Source: Candidatus Melainabacteria bacterium 17Bon1m
GTDB lineage: Bacteria; Cyanobacteriota; Vampirovibrionia; Obscuribacterales; Obscuribacteraceae
Length of the DNA: 64,000 bases
Direction: 5' to 3'
NCBI GenBank assembly: GCA_032128875.1
Contig: JAVLKG010000005.1
Span: 374,778 to 438,777, forward strand
Shown: in pieces, positions 1 to 9,135 of the stretch
Layout of the letters: each line of letters opens with the position of its first letter
Position numbering within the stretch: position 1 is the stretch's first letter
The notes under the pieces: generated by a model
The model's input: only the letters and a program-made list of their open reading frames with translations
Database searches by the model: none
Told to the model about the DNA's origin: nothing
Made by a program: the position numbers and the translations under genes

Positions 1-2
1 GT

Positions 3-2711
3 CCGGTTGTATCTACTTTCAGTAACGTATTCAATTACTATCTTGTCTCCGATCGTCATGACATGATCGAGTTGCGCACCATCCAAGATTGGCAAGTGGC
101 ACGACGTTTGAAGTCTGTTCAGGGCGTTGGCAACGTTGTCAGCTACGGCGGCTTCGTCAAACAATATCAAGTGCTCGTCGATCCTAACGTGCTGAAAGGC
201 TACGGGGTGACGATTCCCGACGTAAAAAATGCGCTCACCAATAACAATATAAATGCGGGTGGAAACTTCATTGAGCGCGGCGGCGAGGAAATTATTATTC
301 GCGGGCTGGGGCGAATCGAAAACGAAAACGACATAAAGAACGTTGTTTTGAAAACGGTTGGCGGTACCCCGGTAAAAGTTGGACAAGTGGCTCAGGTTGT
401 TGTCGGACCAGCTTTCAGACGCGGTTCGGCTTCAATGAATGGCAAGGGTGAGGTTGTCACTGGCATGGTGCTCACTCGCAAGGGGGTTAACACAAAAGAC
501 GTTGTAGAGAAGGTTCGTCACCGCATCGAAGAAATCCGCAAAGAATTGCCGGCCGGCGTCACACTGCATGCGTATTACGATCAAACCGAGCTTGTAGAGA
601 AGACGATTGAAACAGTAAAAGAGATTTTGATGTTCTCTGGTGGTTTGGTTATCGTCATTCTGACCGCCATCATGTTGCACATTCCCAGCGGTTTGATCGT
701 TGCTGTCATCATTCCTCTGTCACTGCTTTTCTCCTTCATTCTTATGAAGTACACGGGACTCACGGCTAACTTGATGACCCTGGGAGCGGTTGATTTCGGT
801 GTTATTGTCGACGCTGGGGTGGTCATGGTGGAAAACATATTCCGCCAACTTTCTATTGCCAATGAGCATAAGAAAGAAGGCGAGAAGATCAACCACTATC
901 AAATAATCATCACCGCAGCGCGCGAGGTCGGGCGACCGATTGCATTTGCAGTCATTATTATTGTTTCTGTCTATCTGCCCCTTTTCACGCTTGAGGGAGT
1001 CGAGGGGAGGATGTTCCACCCCCTGGCACTCACTTTTATTTATGCCATCTTGGGCGCCTTGATCGCCTCTTTGACGGTCATTCCAATTCTTTGCTATTGG
1101 TTCTTGAGGGGAAATATCAAAGAAAAACACAATCCTGTGGTGGAGAAAATTCACCAGTGGCACGAGCCTTTGCTTGCAAAATCAATGGATCATCCATATT
1201 TCACTGTCCTGATTGCCGTCGGTATTCTTATCGCCAGCTTTGCTGCAATACCTTTTTTAGGCTCCGAGTTCATTCCTACTCTGGATGAAGGTTCGATTCT
1301 GTTGCGTACCAAGCTATCGCCTAGCGTCGCGCACTCTGAGTCTATGCGCGTTGCCGGTGAAGTCGAGGAGATGATCAAAAAATTTCCTGAAGTTACCGTT
1401 GTCGTGTCTCGTATTGGTCGCTCCGGCATGGGCTCCGACCTTGAAGGCGTGGACAATGCGGATGTCTACATCGGTTTGAAACCGAAGAAAGAGTGGACTT
1501 CTGCGCATGATAAAGAAGAACTTGTCAATCTGATGTCGAAAGAGGTGGAAGGTATCCCAGGTCTTATCCACTCATTCTCTCAGCCGATTGGCGACATGAT
1601 CGATGACCTTGTCGCCGGTATTAAAGCCGACCTTGGGATCAAAATCTTTGGCGAAGACTTGAAGGTTCTTGATAAAACCGCAAAGCAAGTTGAGAACATT
1701 GTGTCGAAGGTGCCTGGTGCGGCGGATATGCAGCGCGAGCATATCTTGGGCTTGCCGCAGATGACCATCAAGATGAAACGCGACGTAATCGCGCGGTATG
1801 GGCTGAATGTTGCTGACATTCAAGAAATTATTGAAACCGCGGTTGCAGGAAAAGTTGTCACCGATGTTGTTGAAGACAACAGGCGATTCGGGTTGCTAAT
1901 TCGTTTGCCCAGCCAATTCCGTGACACAGAAAACGATATCGAAAGTATTCTCATCGACACGCCGGATGGAGCCAAAGTGCCTCTTAAGCAATTGGCCGAC
2001 ATAAAGTTGCCGCGCGGAACCGTGATGATTAACCGCGAGGATGGTCAGAGAAGAACTGCTGTCTTAGCCAATGTGCGGGGCCGCGACTTGGGTTCTTTCG
2101 TTGAAGAAGCTCAACAGAGAATCAATCAGGAGCTTCAGTTGCCGAAGGGCTATCGCATTGTCTGGGGTGGACAATTTGAAAACCAACAGCGCGCCATGAC
2201 TCGATTGGCGGTTGTTGTGCCGGTCGTCCTTCTGCTTATCTTCATTCTACTTTTTGCATCTTTCAATTCGCTTAAGAACGCCGCGCTCATTATGATGAAT
2301 GTTCCGTTCGCTCTAATCGGCGGAATTCTAGCCTTGCTTATTTCGAGGCAAACGCTCTCCGTACCTGCGATTATCGGCTTTATCTCACTGTTTGGTGTGG
2401 CTGTGCAGAACGGGGTCATTCTTGTCAGCTATATCATGCAGCTGCAAAATCGAGGATATAAAGTTCGAGAGGCTGCGATGGAAGGAGTCACCGTGCGGCT
2501 GCGCCCGGTGCTTATGACCGCGCTCGTCGCCATTATGGGATTCATGCCGCTCATTCTTTCCCATGGAACCGGCGCCGAGGTGCAGCGTCCGCTCGCTACC
2601 GTCGTGGTCGGCGGGTTGGTTTCAGCGACTCTTCTGACTTTGTTCGTGCTGCCGACTGTTTACACACTCATCAATAAAGACAGTGATGAAGAGGAACAGC
2701 CGAGTGGCTAG
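3..2711 (+). CDS. HME-type RND inner-membrane efflux transporter (CusA/CzcA family), 5'-truncated by the window edge
   Basis: The frame is open from nt 3. PVVSTFSNVFNYYLVSDRHD aligns with residue ~130 of the downstream paralogue, so roughly 130 codons lie outside the window. TM4 relay motif VDFGVIVDAGVVMVEN. C-terminal GAEVQRPLATVVVGGLVSATLLTLFVLP. Overall layout is typical of CzcA/CusA. Confidence 0.93.
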   Translation, partial: PVVSTFSNVFNYYLVSDRHDMIELRTIQDWQVARRLKSVQGVGNVVSYGGFVKQYQVLVDPNVLKGYGVTIPDVKNALTNNNINAGGNFIERGGEEIIIRGLGRIENENDIKNVVLKTVGGTPVKVGQVAQVVVGPAFRRGSASMNGKGEVVTGMVLTRKGVNTKDVVEKVRHRIEEIRKELPAGVTLHAYYDQTELVEKTIETVKEILMFSGGLVIVILTAIMLHIPSGLIVAVIIPLSLLFSFILMKYTGLTANLMTLGAVDFGVIVDAGVVMVENIFRQLSIANEHKKEGEKINHYQIIITAAREVGRPIAFAVIIIVSVYLPLFTLEGVEGRMFHPLALTFIYAILGALIASLTVIPILCYWFLRGNIKEKHNPVVEKIHQWHEPLLAKSMDHPYFTVLIAVGILIASFAAIPFLGSEFIPTLDEGSILLRTKLSPSVAHSESMRVAGEVEEMIKKFPEVTVVVSRIGRSGMGSDLEGVDNADVYIGLKPKKEWTSAHDKEELVNLMSKEVEGIPGLIHSFSQPIGDMIDDLVAGIKADLGIKIFGEDLKVLDKTAKQVENIVSKVPGAADMQREHILGLPQMTIKMKRDVIARYGLNVADIQEIIETAVAGKVVTDVVEDNRRFGLLIRLPSQFRDTENDIESILIDTPDGAKVPLKQLADIKLPRGTVMINREDGQRRTAVLANVRGRDLGSFVEEAQQRINQELQLPKGYRIVWGGQFENQQRAMTRLAVVVPVVLLLIFILLFASFNSLKNAALIMMNVPFALIGGILALLISRQTLSVPAIIGFISLFGVAVQNGVILVSYIMQLQNRGYKVREAAMEGVTVRLRPVLMTALVAIMGFMPLILSHGTGAEVQRPLATVVVGGLVSATLLTLFVLPTVYTLINKDSDEEEQPSG

Positions 2712-2778
2712 GTGTCCCGTTTTACACACTATTCATCGGCAACCGCAAGGAGTTGTCTGACGACCGGCGGCGATAAAG

Positions 2779-5700
2779 TTGATAGACAAACTAATCACTT
2801 TTGCTATCACGCAGCGCTTACTCACATGCGCCGCGGTCATTGTAATGGCGGCTTTTGGCGTGTTTTGCATGATGAGCTTGCCGGTCGACTCGTTTCCTGA
2901 CGTAAGTAACGTGCAGGTGCAGGTAATCACCGACTGCGAAACGCTCGCCACCGAGGAAGTTGAAAGCCTCATTACTTATCCCATCGAGTATGTAATGAGC
3001 GGTTTGCACAAGGTGACCAATATCCGCTCCAACTCTAGTTTCGGCTTGTCTGTTGTGACGGTGATTTTCGAGGACGATACCGATGTCTACTGGGCGCGCA
3101 ATCTAGTCCAGCAAAGGCTTATGCAAGTGGAGTTACCTACCTGGGCGCCGACGCCGCAATTGGGTCCTGTGGTTTCCACATTCAGTAACGTTTACAACTA
3201 TTACCTGAGGAGCGATCGTCACGACCTTACCGAGTTGCGAACCATTCAAGATTGGTATCTGGCCAAACGCTTACGCGCAGTGCAAGGCGTCGGCAATGTC
3301 GTCAGTTATGGCGGCTATGTAAAACAGTATCAAGTGCAAGTGAACCCGCGACTCATGGCTGGCTATGGAATCACGCTTCACGAGCTGGTTGTTGCACTGA
3401 CCCGCAACAACATCAATGCGGGTGGCAACTTCTTAGAGCGAGCCAATGAAGAAATCATTGTGCGTGGAATTGGGCGTATCGAGACGACGAAGGACATAGA
3501 GGAAATTGTTCTAAAAGCTGTGGATGGAACACCTGTGAAGGTAGGCGAAGTCGCGAAAGTCGTGATTGGTCCGGCATTCCGTCGTGGTTCGGCTTCGATG
3601 GACGGGAAAGGCGAGGTGGTCACCGGCATGGTTCTCACTCGAAAGGGTGTGAACACGAAAGCCGTTGTCGAGAAAGTTCGCGAGCGAATTGAAGAACTGA
3701 AGAAAGAGTTGCCGCCTGGTGTTGAGCTTGTTTCATACTACGACCAAACCGAATTGGTCGAAAAGACCATTGAAACAGTAAAAGAGATATTGATGTTCAG
3801 CGGCTGGCTGGTCATTGTTGTTTTAACTGCAATCTTGCTGCATATCCCGAGCGGTTTGATCGTCTCTGTCATCATTCCGTTGTCACTTCTTTTCTCTTTC
3901 ATCTTGATGAAGTACACCGGATTGTCTGCCAATTTGATGACTCTAGGCGCCGTTGATTTCGGCGTTATCGTCGACGCCGGTGTTGTTATGGTTGAAAACA
4001 TCTACCGGCAACTGGCAATCGCGCACGAGCACGAAACGGAAGACCGCCATGCCAACCACTTTCAGGTAGTTCTCAACGCTGCCAGAGAAGTGGGACGTCC
4101 GATTGTCTTCGCTATCTTTATCATTGTCTCTGTCTACTTGCCGCTCTTCTCTTTAGAAGGGATCGAAGGCAAGATGTTCCACCCTCTGGCGCTCACGTTT
4201 ATCTATGCGATTCTTGGCGCGCTGCTGTTGTCTTTGACGATTGTACCTGTGCTTTGCTACTGGTTTCTTCGCGGCACCATAAGGGAGAAGCATAATCCAT
4301 TCGTAGAGGCTGCAAAAAACCTCCACGAGCCTGCCCTTCAGCGGACGATGAAACACCCCTGGGCAACTGCTTTTGTTTGTATTGGTGCTCTGGTTGGAAG
4401 CTTTTGCCTTGTACCTTTTCTAGGCTCAGAGTTTATTCCAACACTCGATGAAGGCTCAATTCTCTTGCGAACCAAACTATCACCCAGCGTTGCGCACACT
4501 GAATCAATGCGTGTAGCGCAGCGTGTAGAAGAGTCGATGAAGAAGTTTCCGGAAGTGACGGGGGTTGTGTCGCGGATTGGTCGCTCCGGCATGGGCTCTG
4601 ACCTTGAAGGTGTAGAAAACGCTGACGTTTATATAGGTCTCAAGCCGAAGGAGCAGTGGACGACAACTCATGATAAAGAAAAGCTCGTCATGTTGATGGC
4701 AAAGGAATTGGAAGGTATTCCGGGCTTGATTTTCTCTTTCTCCCAGCCGATTGCGGACATGATCGATGACCTTGTCGCCGGTATTAAAGCCGACCTTGGC
4801 ATCAAGATCTTTGGTGATGATTTGGAAACTTTGGATAAGCTTGCTTCAGACATTGAAACTTCAATTTCGGCGGTGCCCGGTTGTGCTGATTTGCAGAGAG
4901 AGCACATTCTTGGCTTGCCTCAAATGACTCTAAAACTGGACCGCAACGTGATGGCGAGATATGGACTCAACGTTACCGACATCCAGGATGTTCTGCAAAA
5001 CGAAATTGCAGGCAATGTAATTACCGACGTTATTGAAGGCAATATGCGGTTTGGATTGCTCACTAGACTGCCTGTACAGATGAGAGACACAAAAGAAAAA
5101 ATTGAAGCGCTGATGATCGATACTCCAACTGGAGCGCGAGTGCCGTTGAAGCAATTGGCGAAAATCGATTTGCCCAGAGGAACAGCGATGATCAATCGAG
5201 AGGAAACATATCGGCGTACTGCTGTTCTTGCCAATGTTCGCGGACGCGATTTGGGATCATTCGTAGGCGAAGCACAAGAGAGGATTAAGAAAGACGTGAA
5301 AATTCCCAAGGGCTATCGGCTCGTTTGGGGGGGGACATTTGAGAACCAGCAACGAGCTATGGTGCGGCTTTCGATTGTTGTGCCGATTGTTTTATTGCTG
5401 ATTTTCTTGTTGCTCTATGCGTCCTTTAATTCGTTCAAGAACGCCGGACTAATCATGTTGAACGTGCCGTTTGCGATGATAGGCGGGATTGTGGCGCTGT
5501 TCTTATCGCATCAAACAGTATCAGTGCCTGCAATCATCGGCTTTATCGCATTGTTTGGCGTGTCCGTACAGAACGGTGTGATACTTGTGACTTATATCAT
5601 GCACTTGCAGCGGCGGGGCGTGCCTGTTGCTCAGGCTGCTGTTGAAGGCGCTGCCATTCGTTTGCGTCCGGTTTTGATGACCGCATTGGTGGCAATTATG

Positions 5701-5880
5701 GGTCTAATTCCAAAAATCGTTTCTAACGGCACCGGCGCTGAGGTGCAACGTCCACTCGCTACAGTCGTTCTCGGCGGGCTTGTGTCGGCGACCCTATTGA
5801 CGCTTGTTGTGCTGCCGACTGTTTATGCGCAAATCAACAAGGACGACGACCTGCCGCCAGAGCAGTCGGAAACCGTTTGA
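2779..5880 (+). CDS. HME-type RND inner-membrane efflux transporter (CusA/CzcA family), full length, tandem paralogue of the upstream gene
   Basis: 1033 aa with a TTG start giving MIDKLITFAITQRLL, a typical CzcA N-terminus. Motifs VDFGVIVDAGVVMVEN, SQPIADMIDDLVAGIKADLGIKIFG and GAEVQRPLATVVLGGL. Collinear with and highly similar to ORF 3..2711. Confidence 0.93.
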   Translation: MIDKLITFAITQRLLTCAAVIVMAAFGVFCMMSLPVDSFPDVSNVQVQVITDCETLATEEVESLITYPIEYVMSGLHKVTNIRSNSSFGLSVVTVIFEDDTDVYWARNLVQQRLMQVELPTWAPTPQLGPVVSTFSNVYNYYLRSDRHDLTELRTIQDWYLAKRLRAVQGVGNVVSYGGYVKQYQVQVNPRLMAGYGITLHELVVALTRNNINAGGNFLERANEEIIVRGIGRIETTKDIEEIVLKAVDGTPVKVGEVAKVVIGPAFRRGSASMDGKGEVVTGMVLTRKGVNTKAVVEKVRERIEELKKELPPGVELVSYYDQTELVEKTIETVKEILMFSGWLVIVVLTAILLHIPSGLIVSVIIPLSLLFSFILMKYTGLSANLMTLGAVDFGVIVDAGVVMVENIYRQLAIAHEHETEDRHANHFQVVLNAAREVGRPIVFAIFIIVSVYLPLFSLEGIEGKMFHPLALTFIYAILGALLLSLTIVPVLCYWFLRGTIREKHNPFVEAAKNLHEPALQRTMKHPWATAFVCIGALVGSFCLVPFLGSEFIPTLDEGSILLRTKLSPSVAHTESMRVAQRVEESMKKFPEVTGVVSRIGRSGMGSDLEGVENADVYIGLKPKEQWTTTHDKEKLVMLMAKELEGIPGLIFSFSQPIADMIDDLVAGIKADLGIKIFGDDLETLDKLASDIETSISAVPGCADLQREHILGLPQMTLKLDRNVMARYGLNVTDIQDVLQNEIAGNVITDVIEGNMRFGLLTRLPVQMRDTKEKIEALMIDTPTGARVPLKQLAKIDLPRGTAMINREETYRRTAVLANVRGRDLGSFVGEAQERIKKDVKIPKGYRLVWGGTFENQQRAMVRLSIVVPIVLLLIFLLLYASFNSFKNAGLIMLNVPFAMIGGIVALFLSHQTVSVPAIIGFIALFGVSVQNGVILVTYIMHLQRRGVPVAQAAVEGAAIRLRPVLMTALVAIMGLIPKIVSNGTGAEVQRPLATVVLGGLVSATLLTLVVLPTVYAQINKDDDLPPEQSETV

Positions 5881-6066
5881 GTCGAACCTACGGAAATGGC
5901 GGCCCACACAATCGCGCGCGCCGATGACTTCTTTGCGCTAGGGCCCCGGGCGACACTAGCGCACAGGCTTTACACGCCGCCCAGCGGGGCCGTCTCGTGC
6001 GAAGCAAATCTGTATATCGATTATACATACAAATGTATGATGGTCAACTAAATTTGCGCAATTTGG

Positions 6067-6741
6067 GTGAAATTAAAGTATCGGATACGTCAAATTTGCT
6101 GCGAGGAAACTTTGATCTCGATGTGCTGGCGCCCTCACCCACTGCTGCTCACATTTGCTCTAGGCGTCGCCGCTTCTTTTCAGATGGAAGCTGTCGCATT
6201 TAGGTATAAAACTCCGGAAAAAACAGACTCTACTTTGGCCCGGGCAAAAACGCTTCTCGCTCACGAAGATATTGAAGAGGCTGCCAGAGAGTTTCGCAAA
6301 CTGATCAAAAGCGAACCGCAAAACTTCGAAGGCTATCTCGGAATTGCTGATTGTTCGTACCTCCAAAACGATTACCTGAAGGCTAGGGAGTCCGCCGACA
6401 AAGCTCTCAAGCTTAATCCCAAATCCGCAGAGACTTTCAGAAGGCGCGGCAAAATCAATGAAAAGCTAAACCAGCTAGTTCCAGCTATCGAAGACTACAC
6501 GCATGCAATTGCACTTTCGCCTAACAATCATCTGTATTTGAGCGACAGGGCAGAAGTCTATAACAAGAAAGGCGAGTATTCAAAAGCAATTGCAGACTTA
6601 GACAAGTATTTGAAACTTGTGAAGAGCCCCAACCCGAGGACGTTTTATGCACGCTCGGCCCTCTATGCGAAACTGGGAAAGAAGGCTCAAGCGGATGCGG
6701 AAAGAAAGCGCGGCGACATGATTATCGACAGGAATTATTGA
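6067..6741 (+). CDS. TPR-repeat protein, probably secreted or lipid-anchored
   Basis: Several 34-residue TPR-like units (EGYLGIADCSYLQNDYLKARESADKALKLNPKSAE, YLSDRAEVYNKKGEYSKAIADLDKYLKL). A hydrophobic signal-like segment LLLTFALGVAASF lies near the N-terminus. The start is uncertain; an alternative ATG is at 6121. Confidence 0.75.
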   Translation: MKLKYRIRQICCEETLISMCWRPHPLLLTFALGVAASFQMEAVAFRYKTPEKTDSTLARAKTLLAHEDIEEAAREFRKLIKSEPQNFEGYLGIADCSYLQNDYLKARESADKALKLNPKSAETFRRRGKINEKLNQLVPAIEDYTHAIALSPNNHLYLSDRAEVYNKKGEYSKAIADLDKYLKLVKSPNPRTFYARSALYAKLGKKAQADAERKRGDMIIDRNY

Positions 6742-7705
6742 TCCCTGCTCCGACTGGTTGCTTCTCACTTGTTTGGATTTGAGATTGCACAGCAGCGGAC
6801 TTATCCGGTTTCGGGCCGATTGCAAAAGCGGGCTTTTTCCTTTTCACCTGCGCGATTTGAACACCGGCAATGGTCAGAACTATTCCGAGAATTTGCCACA
6901 TTGATGCGGGTTCGTTCAATACAACAACTGCGAGAATCAAGAGCAGGGGGCGTTGCAGAAGCGATATTATCGAGACTCGTGTAGAGCCGATAAGAGCCAT
7001 CGCACTCAGGAATGCGATGTTTGCCAGAGCAGCAGCCGAGCCGGTAATCGCTCCCACTTTGACTGCTTCAAAGGTGAGGGCCGGAGTGAAGAACATCAGT
7101 GGAATGCAATACATTGCACACAGTGGAAATTGATAAGACGAGATGGTGAGCGGTTTCATCACGCTTGTTGCTGTTTCCATATTGACTCGATAGATGCTCG
7201 ACGAAACTACTGCCGCAAGCACTGCGAGAATTCCCATGGGCGTGCCGGACAAAGTTTTCACTTCCAGCATCAGGACTACTCCAAGCAGGCAAAGTGCGAA
7301 CCCGCCCCAAAACTTCGCAGTCAGCTTGTCTCGCCCGATGACCGAGTTAATGATTGCCACCAAAGCCGGTGTCGTTGTAACTAACGTCATTACCACCACT
7401 GCAGGTACGAGAGTCAGCGACAGCAAGATCAATCCGTTTGTGCAGAACAGAAGAAATGCGAGAAACATTAGTCGCGGCAGGTTGTTCCAGCCCACCCACT
7501 TAAAGGCACGAGTGAGCGGCAGAACAATCAGCGCAGCGCAGACGTTCTTCAAAACAAAAACTTGCAGAGGCGTAACGCCCGCTGAATAGCCGAGTTTCAC
7601 AAAGATAGGCTCTGCCGAAGCGGCGAAAATTGCCGCTGTCAGCCACAACGTGACGGCAGCTTCGCCTTTAAGAATTGAGGAATCGAACCATTTCACTCTG
7701 GTCAA
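6722..7705 (-). CDS. EamA/DMT-family transporter (drug/metabolite exporter superfamily)
   Basis: 327 aa with about 10 hydrophobic helices arranged as two EamA-like halves, and a polar Lys/Pro-rich C-terminal tail. The annotated start overlaps the 3' end of the upstream gene by 38 nt. Confidence 0.85.
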   Translation of the reverse strand: MTRVKWFDSSILKGEAAVTLWLTAAIFAASAEPIFVKLGYSAGVTPLQVFVLKNVCAALIVLPLTRAFKWVGWNNLPRLMFLAFLLFCTNGLILLSLTLVPAVVVMTLVTTTPALVAIINSVIGRDKLTAKFWGGFALCLLGVVLMLEVKTLSGTPMGILAVLAAVVSSSIYRVNMETATSVMKPLTISSYQFPLCAMYCIPLMFFTPALTFEAVKVGAITGSAAALANIAFLSAMALIGSTRVSIISLLQRPLLLILAVVVLNEPASMWQILGIVLTIAGVQIAQVKRKKPAFAIGPKPDKSAAVQSQIQTSEKQPVGAGINNSCR

Positions 7706-8942
7706 AATCTCCCAACCCGAGACTTTCTAGCGTCCTGCCAGTTTTGCGGAAGTCCTCGCCGACGACGCATGTCGCAAGGCTAATCATCGAGCTCAGTATT
7801 GGAGTCTCTTTTCCTGCCAACCGTGCCAATTGTTCAAAAGGCACAAGACTGCAGGCAACGTCTTCATAGAAGAAGCGGTGATTTAGGGTTTTTGGAGACA
7901 GGCTATGTCTGTAATTCGGCACTGTTGTCATCGCCGAATAAAGGTCGCTCGCATCGCAACCGTAATAGCGATCGAGCAAGTCTTTCATTGGAATCAAATC
8001 GCATCCGTATGCTTTTGCAATGGTTCGAAACTCCTCTTCCATCTGCTCAAGAATAGCGACAGTGCGGGGCGTCATGCCCTGATAGTAGAAGAGAAATTCT
8101 TCGGCGCGGTCGATTGAGTGCATGTTAGTCAATGCAATCGGCGCGTGCGCAAGCGCTCCAAAATCTGTTAGTCCTCTTTGAACTAGATTGGTAGCCGGTG
8201 TTAGACCCGGGAAGTAAGCATTAATGATTGGTGCGCAGACTTCGGTTTGGGATTTCGTGACGGATGAAAAAAGCGTCCAGCGTTTGATGCCGCGTATCCA
8301 AACGCGCGAATCAGCAACTAGACGGCATGCGAAAAGGGAGTCCGTTTCAACTATTTTCGGCAAATCGCTAAGACACTTCGCGAGCAATTGCAATTGAAAC
8401 TCGCGAGCGCCTCCGAATTTTCCCGAAAAAAGAATTATCGTGTGCGAGCTGTTCAAGTAAGGTGCCAGGGTTTCCGCTACTTCTCGATAGGCGGTGGCGA
8501 CGGTGGCTACAAAAATAGTTTTGCAATGCTTGGCGAAGTCGCGAGGGGCTGAATAAGCACCCTTGAGTTCAAACCTGCCCAGGATGCGATCTTCGGAATA
8601 AACGTGCCGAATGGAGTTGATGTGATCTGCTTTGATCGGGCTGCGGCTGTACATTCTTACATCGCAGCCAGCCGCTGAAAGATAGGATGCAAGCGCATGA
8701 GCGGAGTTGCCGGTACCCACGATACCGGTCGATAGAATAGATTTATCCGGATGAGCACGCAGTTCTGGAATCGCAATACCAGCAGCCGGCGATACGCAGG
8801 TCGTGCGGGTACTGAGCAACTCCGCAATTTGCCTTTGCGTTTCGGCGATTGTGGCCAAACGCGCTTCCAACGCGGAGACGTCGGATTGACTGCGGAGTTT
8901 TTGAGAAACTGCAAATGCTGAGACGTCACCCATAAGACGCAC
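7668..8942 (-). CDS. NAD(P)-dependent octopine/nopaline (opine) dehydrogenase-family protein with a ~70-aa N-terminal extension
   Basis: Rossmann motif GIVGTGNSAHALASYLSAAGCDVRMYSR. C-terminal region LFYYQGMTPRTVAILEQMEEEFRTIAKAYGCDLIPMKDLLDRYYG is typical of the Octopine_DH domain. GAGGTG lies 7 nt upstream of the ATG at 8942. Confidence 0.8.
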   Translation of the reverse strand: MRLMGDVSAFAVSQKLRSQSDVSALEARLATIAETQRQIAELLSTRTTCVSPAAGIAIPELRAHPDKSILSTGIVGTGNSAHALASYLSAAGCDVRMYSRSPIKADHINSIRHVYSEDRILGRFELKGAYSAPRDFAKHCKTIFVATVATAYREVAETLAPYLNSSHTIILFSGKFGGAREFQLQLLAKCLSDLPKIVETDSLFACRLVADSRVWIRGIKRWTLFSSVTKSQTEVCAPIINAYFPGLTPATNLVQRGLTDFGALAHAPIALTNMHSIDRAEEFLFYYQGMTPRTVAILEQMEEEFRTIAKAYGCDLIPMKDLLDRYYGCDASDLYSAMTTVPNYRHSLSPKTLNHRFFYEDVACSLVPFEQLARLAGKETPILSSMISLATCVVGEDFRKTGRTLESLGLGDFDQSEMVRFLNS

Positions 8943-9135
8943 CTCAGTTTATAAAGCTTACCGCCAGCTAATCCAGTATATGTGACGCCTCTCACCATTG
9001 GTAATTAAATTCGAGGGTTAGCCACTTCGATGACAAGCTGTCGCACATTCTTGTGCCGAAAGGTTTTTCGGAAATTGTGACGGGCGCCGATTCCCCGTCC
9101 ATCGCATTCGCGCACTTGCTGATTATTAGTCTTGC

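Noticed and set aside
6722-8942. A complete staphylopine/pseudopaline-type (cnt) metallophore cluster.
   Set aside because: Only the dehydrogenase-like and EamA-like genes are present. No CntL or nicotianamine-synthase-like gene, racemase or dedicated importer is in the window, so only a partial analogy is reported.
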